Positions 50,356-60,242 are shown, numbered from the stretch's first letter. The stretch is 64,000 nt of DNA from an uncultured Candidatus Binatia bacterium (GCA_965215605.1 OZ244070.1:2720001-2784000), one strand, 5' to 3'. Notes: a model not told the origin generated them from the letters alone. Numbers and translations are program-made.

Positions 50356-52464
50356 ATGGCCGAAGCGAAAGACTACATCATCGGTATCGACACGGGCGGA
50401 ACCTTCACGGACGTGGTCGTCATGTCACCCGGCGGGGAGGTGTGGACCGCCAAGGCGTCGACGACACCGGACGAGTTCTCCCGTGGCGTCATGGACGCCC
50501 TCACCGAGGCCGCGCGGGTGCTGGACGTGGACCGCGCCGACCTGCTGAAGCAGGCGGTGCTGTTCAAGCACGGCAGCACCGTGGCCACCAACGCGCTGAT
50601 CACCCGCACCGGCGTGAAGGTAGGCTTCATCACCACCCGCGGTTTCGAGGACACCACCGAGATCATGCGCGCCATCGGCCGGGTGGACGGCCTCTCCGAG
50701 GAGGAGATCCGCCACGCCACCTGGGTCACCAAGCCGGACCCCCTGGTGCCGCGCGAGCGGGTTCTGGGGGTGCGCGAGCGCATCGACTACCGCGGCGAGG
50801 TGGTGGTGCCGCTGTCCCGCGAGGACGTGATGGAGGCCATCCGCAAGCTGGTGGACGAGGAGGGGTGCGAAGCCATCGCGGTGAGCCTGCTCCACGCTTG
50901 GGCCAACTCCAGGCATGAGGACGATGTCCGCGCCCTGACCCTGGAGGCCGACCCGTCACGCAAGGTGTTCTGGTCCTTCGGCAGCGAGCTGGCCCAGGTG
51001 GCGGGCGAGTATGCCCGCGCCAACACCGCCATCATCAACAGCTTCCTCGGCCCAACCGTCGACCGCTATCTCGGCGGCCTCCAGACCAAGCTCGAAGAGG
51101 GCGGCCTGGAAGGGCCGTTCCTGATCATGCAGGGGAACGGCGGCGTGGCCCACCGCACCCACGCAACGCCGGTGTCCAACCTCCAGTCCGGACCCGCCGG
51201 CGGCGCCATCGCCTCGGCCTATGTGGCCGGCCTGCTGGGCCACCCCAACGTCATCACCGCGGACATGGGCGGCACCAGCTTCGACGTGGGCCTCATCACC
51301 GAAGGTTACTGGCGCTACGCCGCGGAGCCCATCGTCGAGCGCTTCCGCATGCTGCAGCCCATCATCGACATCCAGTCCATCGGCGCCGGCGGCGGCACCA
51401 TCGCCCGGGTCGACGAGGAGACCGGCCGGCTGCTGGTGGGCCCCCAGAGCGCGGGCGCGAGCCCGGGCCCGGTCTGCTACGATGCCGGCGGCGAGGAGGT
51501 CACAGTCACCGACTGCGACCTGGTGCTGGGCATCATCGACCCCGCGTACTTCCTGGGCGGCCGCAAGTCCCTGAACAAGGAAAAGGCCGAGAAGGTGGTG
51601 GAGGAGAAGATCGCCAAGCCCTTGGGGCTGAACAACGTCGAGGCCGCCGCCGGGGTCTACGACATCGTCAACAGCAAGATGTCCGACCTCATCCGCCAGC
51701 AGGTGGTGCGCACCGGACACCTACCCGAAGAGTTCGTGATCTACGCCTTCGGCGGCGCCGGACCGGTTCACGCCGGCGGCTTTTCCGCCGAGCTCGGCAT
51801 CAACCAGATCTACATCTTCCCCACCTCGCCGGTGTTCTCCGCTTTCGGCGTGGCCTCGGCGGACGTCATCCACACGCGGGTGATCACCTGCCAGTACATT
51901 TTCCCGGCCCAGCCGGAGGGGCCCAACGAGCGGCTCGACACCATCGAGAAGGAGCTCGGCGAGGCCATGACCGGCGAGGGCTTCAAGGCCGACCAGGTGG
52001 AGTACCGCCGGTTCTTCACCATGCGCTACCGGCGGCAGACCGCCGGCGTGGAGATCCTGTTGCCGTGGGATCGCATGACCGACGCGCGGCTGCAGGAGCT
52101 GCAGCAGATGTTCGAGACGAAGTACGAGGAGCTCTACGGCGTGGGCGCGGGCTACACCAAGGCCGGCATCGAGATCAGCGCCATCCGGGTGGACGCCGTC
52201 GGCCTGGTGACCAAACCGGAGCTGAAGCCGCAGCCGGTCGAGAAGGGCGACGGCTCTCAGGCCGTCAAGGGCAAGCGGAACGTTTACTTCACCCGGCCGG
52301 AGCGCAGCTTCATCGAGACCCCGGTGTACGACAACGCGCTGCTCAAGGCGGGCAACGAGGTGGCCGGGCCGGCCATCCTGGAGCTGCCCTTCACCACCAT
52401 CCCGGTACCGCCCGGCGCGCGGGTGACGGTCGACCCGTACCTGAACCTGGTGATGGAAATCTAG
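50356..52464 (+). CDS. Hydantoinase/oxoprolinase A family ATP-binding subunit (acetone carboxylase beta-like)
   Basis: IDTGGTFTD, HGSTVATNA, SGPAGG, DMGGTSFD, IGAGGG, AFGGAG. Confidence 0.92.
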   Translation: MAEAKDYIIGIDTGGTFTDVVVMSPGGEVWTAKASTTPDEFSRGVMDALTEAARVLDVDRADLLKQAVLFKHGSTVATNALITRTGVKVGFITTRGFEDTTEIMRAIGRVDGLSEEEIRHATWVTKPDPLVPRERVLGVRERIDYRGEVVVPLSREDVMEAIRKLVDEEGCEAIAVSLLHAWANSRHEDDVRALTLEADPSRKVFWSFGSELAQVAGEYARANTAIINSFLGPTVDRYLGGLQTKLEEGGLEGPFLIMQGNGGVAHRTHATPVSNLQSGPAGGAIASAYVAGLLGHPNVITADMGGTSFDVGLITEGYWRYAAEPIVERFRMLQPIIDIQSIGAGGGTIARVDEETGRLLVGPQSAGASPGPVCYDAGGEEVTVTDCDLVLGIIDPAYFLGGRKSLNKEKAEKVVEEKIAKPLGLNNVEAAAGVYDIVNSKMSDLIRQQVVRTGHLPEEFVIYAFGGAGPVHAGGFSAELGINQIYIFPTSPVFSAFGVASADVIHTRVITCQYIFPAQPEGPNERLDTIEKELGEAMTGEGFKADQVEYRRFFTMRYRRQTAGVEILLPWDRMTDARLQELQQMFETKYEELYGVGAGYTKAGIEISAIRVDAVGLVTKPELKPQPVEKGDGSQAVKGKRNVYFTRPERSFIETPVYDNALLKAGNEVAGPAILELPFTTIPVPPGARVTVDPYLNLVMEI

Positions 52465-52491
52465 GAGCCTGCGCCGCACAAACGGGTGGCA

Positions 52492-52523
52492 CTCGTCATT
52501 CCCGCTTTCGCGGGAATGACGAG
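52492..52523. repeat. Perfect hairpin, GTCATTCCCGC-type REP
   Basis: CTCGTCATTCCCGC-TTTC-GCGGGAATGACGAG; partial matches near 29423 and 39254. Confidence 0.7.
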
Positions 52524-52556
52524 CAGAGATTCCGTGTAACAGATCAGGAGAGACTG

Positions 52557-54782
52557 ATGGAACCGACAGCGGTTGATCCCATTCGTTACGAGATGTACTT
52601 CCACCGGCTCTGGGCCATCGGGGAAGAAGGCCGCATGACGCTGCAGCGCGTCACCGCCTCTCCCATCGTCGCCCAGGGCGGCGAGTGCATGAGCTCGTTC
52701 TACGACGCCCAAGGCGTCATGGTGCTGGCGTGCTCCGGCCACCTGCGGTTCGCGGCGGCCACCTCCCAGGCCATCAAGAACATGATGGAGTACTTCCAGG
52801 AGTCGCCCGGCTTCTACGACGGCGACCAGTTCTTCTTCAACGACCCCTATGTGGCCGGCTCCCACACCTACGACATGATGGTCATCAAGCCCATCTTCCA
52901 CGACGGCGAGCTGATCGCGTGGACCGCCACCAGCACCCACACCGCCGACACCGGCGGCGTGCTGCGAGGCGGCGCGCTGGAGGTCTTCCACGAGGGCATC
53001 TGCATCAGCGGCCTGAAGATCGTGGAGAAGGGCGAGTTCCGCGAGGATGTGTTCCGCACCCTCACCGGCATGTGCCGGGACCCGCAGTACGTGGGGCTGG
53101 ACATGAAGGCCATGATCGCCGGCAACAACGTCTGCGCCGACCGCTACCTCGGGCTGGTGGACAAGTTCGGCCCGGAATTCGTCGAGGCCGCCGGCCGGCG
53201 CATGATCGAGGACTCGGAGGCCAAGGCTCGGGCCAAGCTGCGCTCGCTTCCCGACGGCACCTGGGTGTCACGCGAGTACGTCACCACCCTGGATCGCAAG
53301 TCGCGCAAGGCCGTGGCCCAGCAGCTCTACTGCACCATGACCAAGAAGGGCGACGAGCTGGAGTTCGATCTCGAAGGCACCAGCCCGCAGACGGACACCG
53401 ACCACAACTCCACCTTTCCCAGCACCGCGGCGCACATCACCCTGGCGCTCACCAACGCACTCTTCTGGGACGTGCCCTGGAGCGACGGCAAGATGCGGCC
53501 GGTGACCCTCAAGGTGCCGGAGGGCTCCATCCTGAACTGCACCTTTCCGGCGGCCTGCGGCGCGGCGCCGCGGGTGGGCAACGTGCTGGTCTCCACCATC
53601 TGCGAATGCGTCTCCAAGATGCTCTACGCCGCCGGCCGGGCGGACGACGTCAACGCCTCCACCACCGGCAACCTCGCCTACGCCGGCGGGCCCGGCTACT
53701 TCTACGGCGGCCATACCCGGGACGGCATCCGGGTGGCCCAGGGACTATACGACATCCACGGCGCCGGCATGGGCAGCGCGCCGCTTCGGGACGGCGTCAA
53801 CACCGGCGGCCACATGAATATCCCCTCCGCCGGCATCAGTGACATCGAACGCATCGAGATGCAGTACCCGTTCCTCTACTTCACCCGGGGACACAATCCC
53901 GACGGCAGCGGCTTCGGGAAGTACCGCGGCGGTCTCGGCAGCTACCGCGTCTACTGGATCTACGGCTCCCAGGACTGCAGCGTGGACTACAAGCCCTACG
54001 GCGGCGTGGCCCAGGGCGGTTACGGCCTGTTCGGCGGCTATCCCACCGGCAAGAGCGTGCTGCGCTACATGGTGGACGCGGGCATGGAGTTGCTCGACCG
54101 GGTCAAGGACGGCGAGTACCCGGACGGCGCCGGCATGCGGGACGGCACCTGGGGCAAGGTGGTCCATCCCGACGGGGTTCCGGAGCGTGTGATGTTGCCG
54201 GAAGGCAGCCTCCTGATCGACTACGTGGCCGGCGGCGGCGGCTTCGGCGACCCGCTGGAACGTGATCCGACTCTGGTGCTGCGGGATTTCGGCCGCGGCT
54301 GGCTCACTCCCAAGATCGGCGAAGAGGTGTACGGCGTGGTGCTGGCCAAGGACGGCGGGTCCGTGGACGCGGCGGCCACGCAGAGCCTGCGGGAGCGCAT
54401 CCGGGCCGAGCGCCAGCAGTTCGGGGCTCCGCCGTCCGGGAAGACCTCGGCGCTGGATTCCGGTCAGGCGGCGGAGTATGACTCGGTGCTGCGCTTCCAC
54501 GCCAGCCTGGAGATTGCCCGGCGGAACGGGCAGCACGCCATCCGCTGCGTCCACTGCGGGCATCTTTACTGCGGCCCCGAGGAGAACTACAAGAACTACG
54601 CGCTGCGGCGCATCTTGGACCTGAACGACTACATGGAGGACGCCCTGCCTTCCGGCGAGCCCTACATCGGCGAGTACCACGAGTACAGTTGTCCGGGCTG
54701 CCGGGTGCAGTTGCAGGTGGATCTGTTCTGCCCCGCCATGGGCGGCGATCCGATCCTGTGGGATACGCGTATCGACGTATGA
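52557..54782 (+). CDS. Hydantoinase B/oxoprolinase family subunit with a C-terminal acetone carboxylase gamma-like Zn domain
   Basis: NDPY..GSHTYD, HTADTGG, HEG, GFGKYRGG, GGGGFGDPLER; C-terminal CVHCGH...ENYK...CPGC. Confidence 0.88.
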   Translation: MEPTAVDPIRYEMYFHRLWAIGEEGRMTLQRVTASPIVAQGGECMSSFYDAQGVMVLACSGHLRFAAATSQAIKNMMEYFQESPGFYDGDQFFFNDPYVAGSHTYDMMVIKPIFHDGELIAWTATSTHTADTGGVLRGGALEVFHEGICISGLKIVEKGEFREDVFRTLTGMCRDPQYVGLDMKAMIAGNNVCADRYLGLVDKFGPEFVEAAGRRMIEDSEAKARAKLRSLPDGTWVSREYVTTLDRKSRKAVAQQLYCTMTKKGDELEFDLEGTSPQTDTDHNSTFPSTAAHITLALTNALFWDVPWSDGKMRPVTLKVPEGSILNCTFPAACGAAPRVGNVLVSTICECVSKMLYAAGRADDVNASTTGNLAYAGGPGYFYGGHTRDGIRVAQGLYDIHGAGMGSAPLRDGVNTGGHMNIPSAGISDIERIEMQYPFLYFTRGHNPDGSGFGKYRGGLGSYRVYWIYGSQDCSVDYKPYGGVAQGGYGLFGGYPTGKSVLRYMVDAGMELLDRVKDGEYPDGAGMRDGTWGKVVHPDGVPERVMLPEGSLLIDYVAGGGGFGDPLERDPTLVLRDFGRGWLTPKIGEEVYGVVLAKDGGSVDAAATQSLRERIRAERQQFGAPPSGKTSALDSGQAAEYDSVLRFHASLEIARRNGQHAIRCVHCGHLYCGPEENYKNYALRRILDLNDYMEDALPSGEPYIGEYHEYSCPGCRVQLQVDLFCPAMGGDPILWDTRIDV

Positions 54783-54824
54783 CGCCGGACGTTCGGCATT
54801 TCACCCGACAGTTCGGGGGGATTC

Positions 54825-54849
54825 GTAGGGGCGGGTTTCAAACCCGCCC
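54825..54849 (+). repeat. GTAG-type REP
   Basis: GTAGGGGCGGGTTTCAAACCCGCCC. Confidence 0.7.
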
Positions 54850-54885
54850 GTGCCCGGCCTGGCGCCGGAACACAGGGAGACTTCG

Positions 54886-55656
54886 ATGAGCGACGACAAC
54901 AAGATCGTAACCGGATTGGGCAAGGCCGAGTTGCATCGCGTCCTGGTCCGCAACATCGACCTTACCAAGGATATCCTGGGCAAGCTCAGCTTCGGCCAGA
55001 TGACCTTTCTGATGCTGGTGGGGCGGGTCCCCTCCGAGAACGAAGGGCGGATGACCGACGCTTTGCTCAACGTCCTGGTGGAGCACGGCATGGTGGGCAA
55101 CATCGTCGCGGCCCGCTTGACGGTGTCCACCGCGCCGGAGGCGATCCAGGGAGCCGTGGCCGCGGCGCTGCTGGGAGCCGGCAGCGTGCATCTGGGCTCG
55201 TCGGAGTATTGCGCCAAGATGCTGCAGGATGCGCTGCCGCTGGACAGCGGCGATGCCGATCTGGCGGCGGCGGCCGAGGGCGTGGTGGAAGACCACTCCA
55301 ACCGCAAGCAGCGGGTCGCCGGCATCGGCCATGCCACCCACTCCGAGGGCGACCCCCGCGCCGACCGGCTGTACGAGATCGCCGCCGAGACCGGCGTGCG
55401 CGGGCGCTACTGCGAGTTCCTGGAAGAAATCAAGAAGGCAGCGGAGGCGCGCCACAACCGGGGCCTGCCCATCAACGTCACCGGCGCCATCGCCGCCATC
55501 GCCTCGGACATGGGGCTCCAGTGGCAGATGGCCAAGGCCTTCGCCCTCATCGGCCGCACCCTGGGAGCCATGGCCCACATCGGCGAGGAGCTCCGCAACC
55601 CCATGCACCGGCGCATCAGCAACCTGGTGCGTTCCAACCTGTCCTACGAGCCGTAG
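54886..55656 (+). CDS. Citryl-CoA lyase-like protein (citrate synthase fold)
   Basis: LVEHG, AVAAALLGAGSVHLG, GIGHATH...DPR, PINVTGAI. Confidence 0.82.
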   Translation: MSDDNKIVTGLGKAELHRVLVRNIDLTKDILGKLSFGQMTFLMLVGRVPSENEGRMTDALLNVLVEHGMVGNIVAARLTVSTAPEAIQGAVAAALLGAGSVHLGSSEYCAKMLQDALPLDSGDADLAAAAEGVVEDHSNRKQRVAGIGHATHSEGDPRADRLYEIAAETGVRGRYCEFLEEIKKAAEARHNRGLPINVTGAIAAIASDMGLQWQMAKAFALIGRTLGAMAHIGEELRNPMHRRISNLVRSNLSYEP

Positions 55657-55760
55657 GGCAACGTGTCGTCCGGGCGGTGCCGTTCCACCGCCTGACCCGG
55701 CGTTACAGCCTGCGGGTGCGGACCGGCCGTGCTCCGCCTCTGGCCCCGGGTCAAGCCCGG

Positions 55761-58187
55761 CTACTCCAGCGCCCCGTCCTCCCTGAGCTGCCGGATGCGG
55801 GCGTCGTCGTAGCCGAGCACGTCCCGCAGGGTCCGGTCGGTGTCCCGGCCGAGGTCGGGGAAGATCCAGTCCTGGGCCATGTCGCTCCGGGTGAAGCGGA
55901 TGGGAAGGCAGGGCAGGGTGAGACGCCCGAAGCGCGGGTTGTCGTGGGTCCCGAGAAAGTCGCGGGCCTGGAGGTGTGGGTCGTTCGTCACCAGGTCGGC
56001 GCCGTTCTGCACCGCCCCGCAGGGGATCCCTTCCCCCTGCAACAGCCGCATGACCTCGTGGCAGTCGCGCGTGCGGGTCCAGTCCTCGATGACGGCGTCC
56101 AACTCGGCGCGGTTCCGGACCCGGTTCTCCACGCTTCCGAACCGCGGTTCGCCGGGCAGTTCCGGCCGTCCGATGGCCGCGGCCAGCCTGTCCCACTGCG
56201 CGTCGTCCTCGGTAGCGATGACGCACCAGCGGTCATCGCCCTTGCAGGCGTAGATGCCGTAGGGGGCGTGGTAGGGGGACCCGTTGCCCACCGCTATGGG
56301 TTCGGTGTCGGTGTTGGCGGCCTGGATCATGGCGGTGCCGATGAGGAACGCGGCCGCCTCCGCCTGGGCCAGATCCATGGCCATTCCCCGGCCGGTGCGC
56401 CGGCGGTAGAGCGTCACCGCAACGGACAGGATCGCCGCCACCACCCCGGAGACGTAGTCCGGCAGCACGGTGCCGGACCCCACGGGAGGATTCACCTCCG
56501 CGGACTCGTTCCACAGCCAGGTGAAGCCGGTGAAGCCGGTGATGATCGTCCCCAGGGTCAGGGAGTCCTTCTTGGGGCCGGTGGCGCCGAGCCCCGGCAT
56601 TCGCAGGGTCACGATGTCGGGCTTTTGCTCCACCAGGTGCTCGTAGTCGAGCCCCAGGCCCGGCATCACCCGCGCCGCGAAGTTGTCCAGGACCAGGTCG
56701 CAGTGTTGGGCCAGTTCCCGGATCAGGGCGGGTCCTTCGGGATGCTTGAGGTTCACGGTGACGGAGCGTTTGTTCCGGTTGAACTCCAGAAAACGCGCCG
56801 ACGCGTTGGGGTCGTCCCCGGTGCCGAAGAAGCGGAAGGGATCGAGCCCGCCCTTGGCGGATTCCACCTTGAGCACCTCCGCGCCCAGGTCCGCCAGCAG
56901 CATCATGCCGAAGGGGCCTGCCAGCACGTGGTCGAAGCTCAGCACCCGCATGCCCTGTAGCGGCAGGCCCTGACTGTTTGGGTCCACCTCCCCGGAGGCG
57001 CCGGCCGCGGACGCATCGGCATCTCCGGCACGCCTTGCCCCGGACCAGACGTCCCGCGCATCCTGGGCGATAGGCCGTGGAGGCTCCACCTTGGGCCGCG
57101 ACCCACTGAACAGGCAGGGAAGGGCCGGCTGGGTCAGCGAGGTCCCGTCCGGGTAGGGCACCTCCTGGACGAAGCGCCGTCCTTCCACGTGCGGGTCCCG
57201 GAGAAAGCCCAGCGGCGGGTTCACCGGCAGGCACGGGATGCGGTTGGACTGGAGACGGTGGGTCAGCTCGTCCATGGAGTACTGGCGGGTGAACTCGCTC
57301 ACCGCGGGGTTGATGACGTCGGCGCGGGATCGCCGGAAAAGGTTGTTGAGGTATTCGGGCGCGTCGAATTCCTCGGGGTGGCCGGGCCAGATGTCGAGGA
57401 ATCTCTGCCAGTGCTGCCGGCTGACATACATGTAGGCGTAGCCGTCCCGGCACGGAAATATCCTGGCCGGCGCCACGTGCTGGTGCTGGCTCCCGGCCCG
57501 GGTGTGGACCTCCTGCTCGTTGGCGTAGAGCCGGACCATATGTTCCTGGGTGGCCAGCGCCTCCTGCATGGACACGTCGATCCAGTCGCCGGCGCCTGTG
57601 CGCTCCCGGCGATGGAGCGCCGACACGATGCCCAGGGCGGCCATGAGGCTGCCGAAGTAGTAGGCTTGGGTCTCGGGGGGCACGCACGGGGGCTTGTCCG
57701 GATCGCCGGAGATGGACATGAGCCCGCACATGGCGAACACCACGAGGTCGTTGCAGGCGAAGCCGCTGTGGGGCCCCCACTGGCCGAAACCGGTGATGGA
57801 CGCCATGATCAGCGCGGGATTGATCTCCCTGAGCCGGTCGTAGTCAAGCTCGAGCCCGGCCAGCCATCCCGGGGCGCCGCTTTCGATGAGGATGTCGGCC
57901 TCGCCCGCCAGCGCCCGCAGCCGGTCGCGCCCCTCGGGCGTTTGCAGGTCCAGCTCCAGGATGCGCTTGTTGGCGTTCAGGTGGGCAAACGCAAGGCTGG
58001 TCTCGCCCACGAAAGGGGGCAGCCGCCGCACCGGGTCGCCGCCGGGCGGCTCGATCTTGAGCACCTCCACCCCGAGGTCGGCGAGGAAGCGCCCGCATAT
58101 CTGGCCCTTGCGGTCCGTGAGGTCCAGCGCCCGGTAGCCCTCCAGCAGCCGGGGGGCGCCGCCGTTTCCTGGTTCGTCCTTGGCCAT
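55761..58187 (-). CDS. Class III CoA-transferase (CaiB/BaiF), two tandem domains
   Basis: Two copies of LADLGxEVLKxE...NxNKR. Confidence 0.92.
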   Translation of the reverse strand: MAKDEPGNGGAPRLLEGYRALDLTDRKGQICGRFLADLGVEVLKIEPPGGDPVRRLPPFVGETSLAFAHLNANKRILELDLQTPEGRDRLRALAGEADILIESGAPGWLAGLELDYDRLREINPALIMASITGFGQWGPHSGFACNDLVVFAMCGLMSISGDPDKPPCVPPETQAYYFGSLMAALGIVSALHRRERTGAGDWIDVSMQEALATQEHMVRLYANEQEVHTRAGSQHQHVAPARIFPCRDGYAYMYVSRQHWQRFLDIWPGHPEEFDAPEYLNNLFRRSRADVINPAVSEFTRQYSMDELTHRLQSNRIPCLPVNPPLGFLRDPHVEGRRFVQEVPYPDGTSLTQPALPCLFSGSRPKVEPPRPIAQDARDVWSGARRAGDADASAAGASGEVDPNSQGLPLQGMRVLSFDHVLAGPFGMMLLADLGAEVLKVESAKGGLDPFRFFGTGDDPNASARFLEFNRNKRSVTVNLKHPEGPALIRELAQHCDLVLDNFAARVMPGLGLDYEHLVEQKPDIVTLRMPGLGATGPKKDSLTLGTIITGFTGFTWLWNESAEVNPPVGSGTVLPDYVSGVVAAILSVAVTLYRRRTGRGMAMDLAQAEAAAFLIGTAMIQAANTDTEPIAVGNGSPYHAPYGIYACKGDDRWCVIATEDDAQWDRLAAAIGRPELPGEPRFGSVENRVRNRAELDAVIEDWTRTRDCHEVMRLLQGEGIPCGAVQNGADLVTNDPHLQARDFLGTHDNPRFGRLTLPCLPIRFTRSDMAQDWIFPDLGRDTDRTLRDVLGYDDARIRQLREDGALE

Positions 58188-58201
58188 GTCCGCTTCCGCC
58201 G

Positions 58202-59020
58202 CTACGACTTCTTCGCGTCGGGCTTCTCGTAGGCCACGCTGCCGCCGCCTTTCTGCGACTGCAGATAGCCCTCCACGTCGTTCAGCGGATTGGTGTACAC
58301 GCGCATGCGGTGGGAGATGATCTCGTCCACCAGGAGCCCGCGGCTGTTGTCCAGGTCCATGGCCGTGTAGGCGGCGATCTTGGCGTGTTCCAGGGTCGCC
58401 GGGTGGCGCGTGGCGATGGTGGCGGCGAATTCCCGCACGAACGGGATCAGCTCCTTCTCCGGCACCGTCTTGGACACCAGTCCCAGGCGCTCGGCCTCGG
58501 CGCCGTCCAGGTTCTCGCCGGTGAGCTGGATGTAGAAGGCCTTCTTGAAGGGGATGCCGCTGCGGAAGAGCGTCGGGGTGGCGGTGGCGCCGTAGCTTCC
58601 GCGGATGATCTCCGGCATGCCGAACTGTGCCGTGTCCGCGGAGATGGCCAGATCATGGCCGTTCACCAGCACCAGTCCGCCGCCCAGCGCCCAGCCGTTG
58701 ACCGCGGCCACGGTGACCTGGGGGGCCTGGCGCAGCAGCGTGACGATCTCCCGGGCCGAGCCGCCTTCGTAGAGCCGGCGCTTGCCCTGCCACGAGGCCC
58801 GCAGGTCGTACAGGTCCAGGCCCGAGCTGTAGGCGTTGCCGGACCCGGTGGTGACGATGCAGCGGATATGGTCGTTCACCGACAGGGTCTTGAGGCTGTC
58901 GGCCAACTCGGCCAGCAGCTTGCGGCTCAGCGCGTTCTTTCGCTCCGGCCGGTTGAGGGTGATCCAGGCGACGCCGGTTTCCTCGTCTATCTCCTCGATG
59001 ATGGTTTCCCTTTCAGCCAC
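58202..59020 (-). CDS. Enoyl-CoA hydratase/isomerase family protein
   Basis: LNRPERKNAL, SSGLDL, AVNGWALGGG, FGMPE. Confidence 0.9.
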   Translation of the reverse strand: MAERETIIEEIDEETGVAWITLNRPERKNALSRKLLAELADSLKTLSVNDHIRCIVTTGSGNAYSSGLDLYDLRASWQGKRRLYEGGSAREIVTLLRQAPQVTVAAVNGWALGGGLVLVNGHDLAISADTAQFGMPEIIRGSYGATATPTLFRSGIPFKKAFYIQLTGENLDGAEAERLGLVSKTVPEKELIPFVREFAATIATRHPATLEHAKIAAYTAMDLDNSRGLLVDEIISHRMRVYTNPLNDVEGYLQSQKGGGSVAYEKPDAKKS

Positions 59021-59038
59021 GGGTTTCCTCCAATCTGG

Positions 59039-60064
59039 TCAACGGGCGCCGAACCGTTCGCGCCAGGAATCCACACACGTCGGGTTCACCACCGTCTCCG
59101 GCACCTGGCCCGACAGCACAGTGAGGATGCTGTCCGCCGCCATGCGCTCGCCGGAGACCTGGGACTGCGGGTTGGTGCCGATGATGTGCGGGGTCATGAT
59201 CAACCGCTCGGGGTCCACCTGCCGGATGGGGTCCGACATGGGCAGCGGCTCCTCCTCGAACACGTCCACGGCCGCGCCGGCGATGACGCCCTCGTTCAAC
59301 GCCCGCGCCAGGTCCTCCTGTTTCACCACGCCGCCGCGGCACGTGTTCACCAGGTAGGCGGTGGGCTTCATCGTCTTGAGCTCGGCCATGGTGATGAGCC
59401 CGCGCGTCTCTTCCGTGAGCGGCGTGTGCAGGGTCACGAGGTCGGACTCCCGGAGCACCGTGTCCAGCGACACCAGCTCCACCCCCAGGTGCTGCACCGA
59501 CTCCTGGCTGACGTAGGGGTCGCAGCCGATGAGCCGCATTTCCCAGGGCCCCAGGCGCTTGGCGACCTCCTTGCCAACCCGTCCGACGCCGACCATGCCG
59601 ACGGTTCGGCCCACCATCAGGTTGCCCCGGTGCTCGTTGCGCTTCCAGCCGCCCTCGCGCAGGAGCTGCTGATTGTGCACCAGCCGCTTGAACAGCATGG
59701 ACATGAGCCCGACGGTGGCCTCGGCCACCCCCGTGAAGTTCTCCCGCGCCGGGCTGTTGCACACCAGGATGCCCAGCTCGGTGGCGCCGTCCACGTCGAT
59801 GGTCTCGTAGCCGATGGCCGCCTTGATCACCGCCCGCAGCTTCGGGCAGCGGGCCAGCACCGCGCCGCTGATGAAATCCCGCTGGGCCGCCCAGACGGCG
59901 TCGCTGTCGCCGATCAGTTGCACCAGCTCGTCTTCCGTGTAGCGGTGCTTGGGAAACTCGTCCTGGTCCTTTCCCAGCACGAGCTCGCACCCCGCCTCCT
60001 CCAGCACGTCCCGCCCCGCCGACAGCTTGTGCGGCGCCGGGATACAGACCTTGTTGCCTTGCAT
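59039..60064 (-). CDS. D-isomer-specific 2-hydroxyacid dehydrogenase
   Basis: GVGRVG, HTPLTEET, NTCRG, DVFEEEP, TPHI. Confidence 0.92.
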   Translation of the reverse strand: MQGNKVCIPAPHKLSAGRDVLEEAGCELVLGKDQDEFPKHRYTEDELVQLIGDSDAVWAAQRDFISGAVLARCPKLRAVIKAAIGYETIDVDGATELGILVCNSPARENFTGVAEATVGLMSMLFKRLVHNQQLLREGGWKRNEHRGNLMVGRTVGMVGVGRVGKEVAKRLGPWEMRLIGCDPYVSQESVQHLGVELVSLDTVLRESDLVTLHTPLTEETRGLITMAELKTMKPTAYLVNTCRGGVVKQEDLARALNEGVIAGAAVDVFEEEPLPMSDPIRQVDPERLIMTPHIIGTNPQSQVSGERMAADSILTVLSGQVPETVVNPTCVDSWRERFGAR

Positions 60065-60242
60065 GGTGACTCCGAGCGTTGAGGCCGGCTCCTTGAGCCG
60101 ACCGGTCTAGAGGCGATAGAGATGCCGAACAGGTTTCTCTTGCGCGTGCCCGCCGGCATCGACTACGGTTGGTCTTCTCAATGAGGGCTCCCTCCAGGCG
60201 GTGTCCGGCCGGATTGCGAAATGACCCGCGGGTTCACGAACG

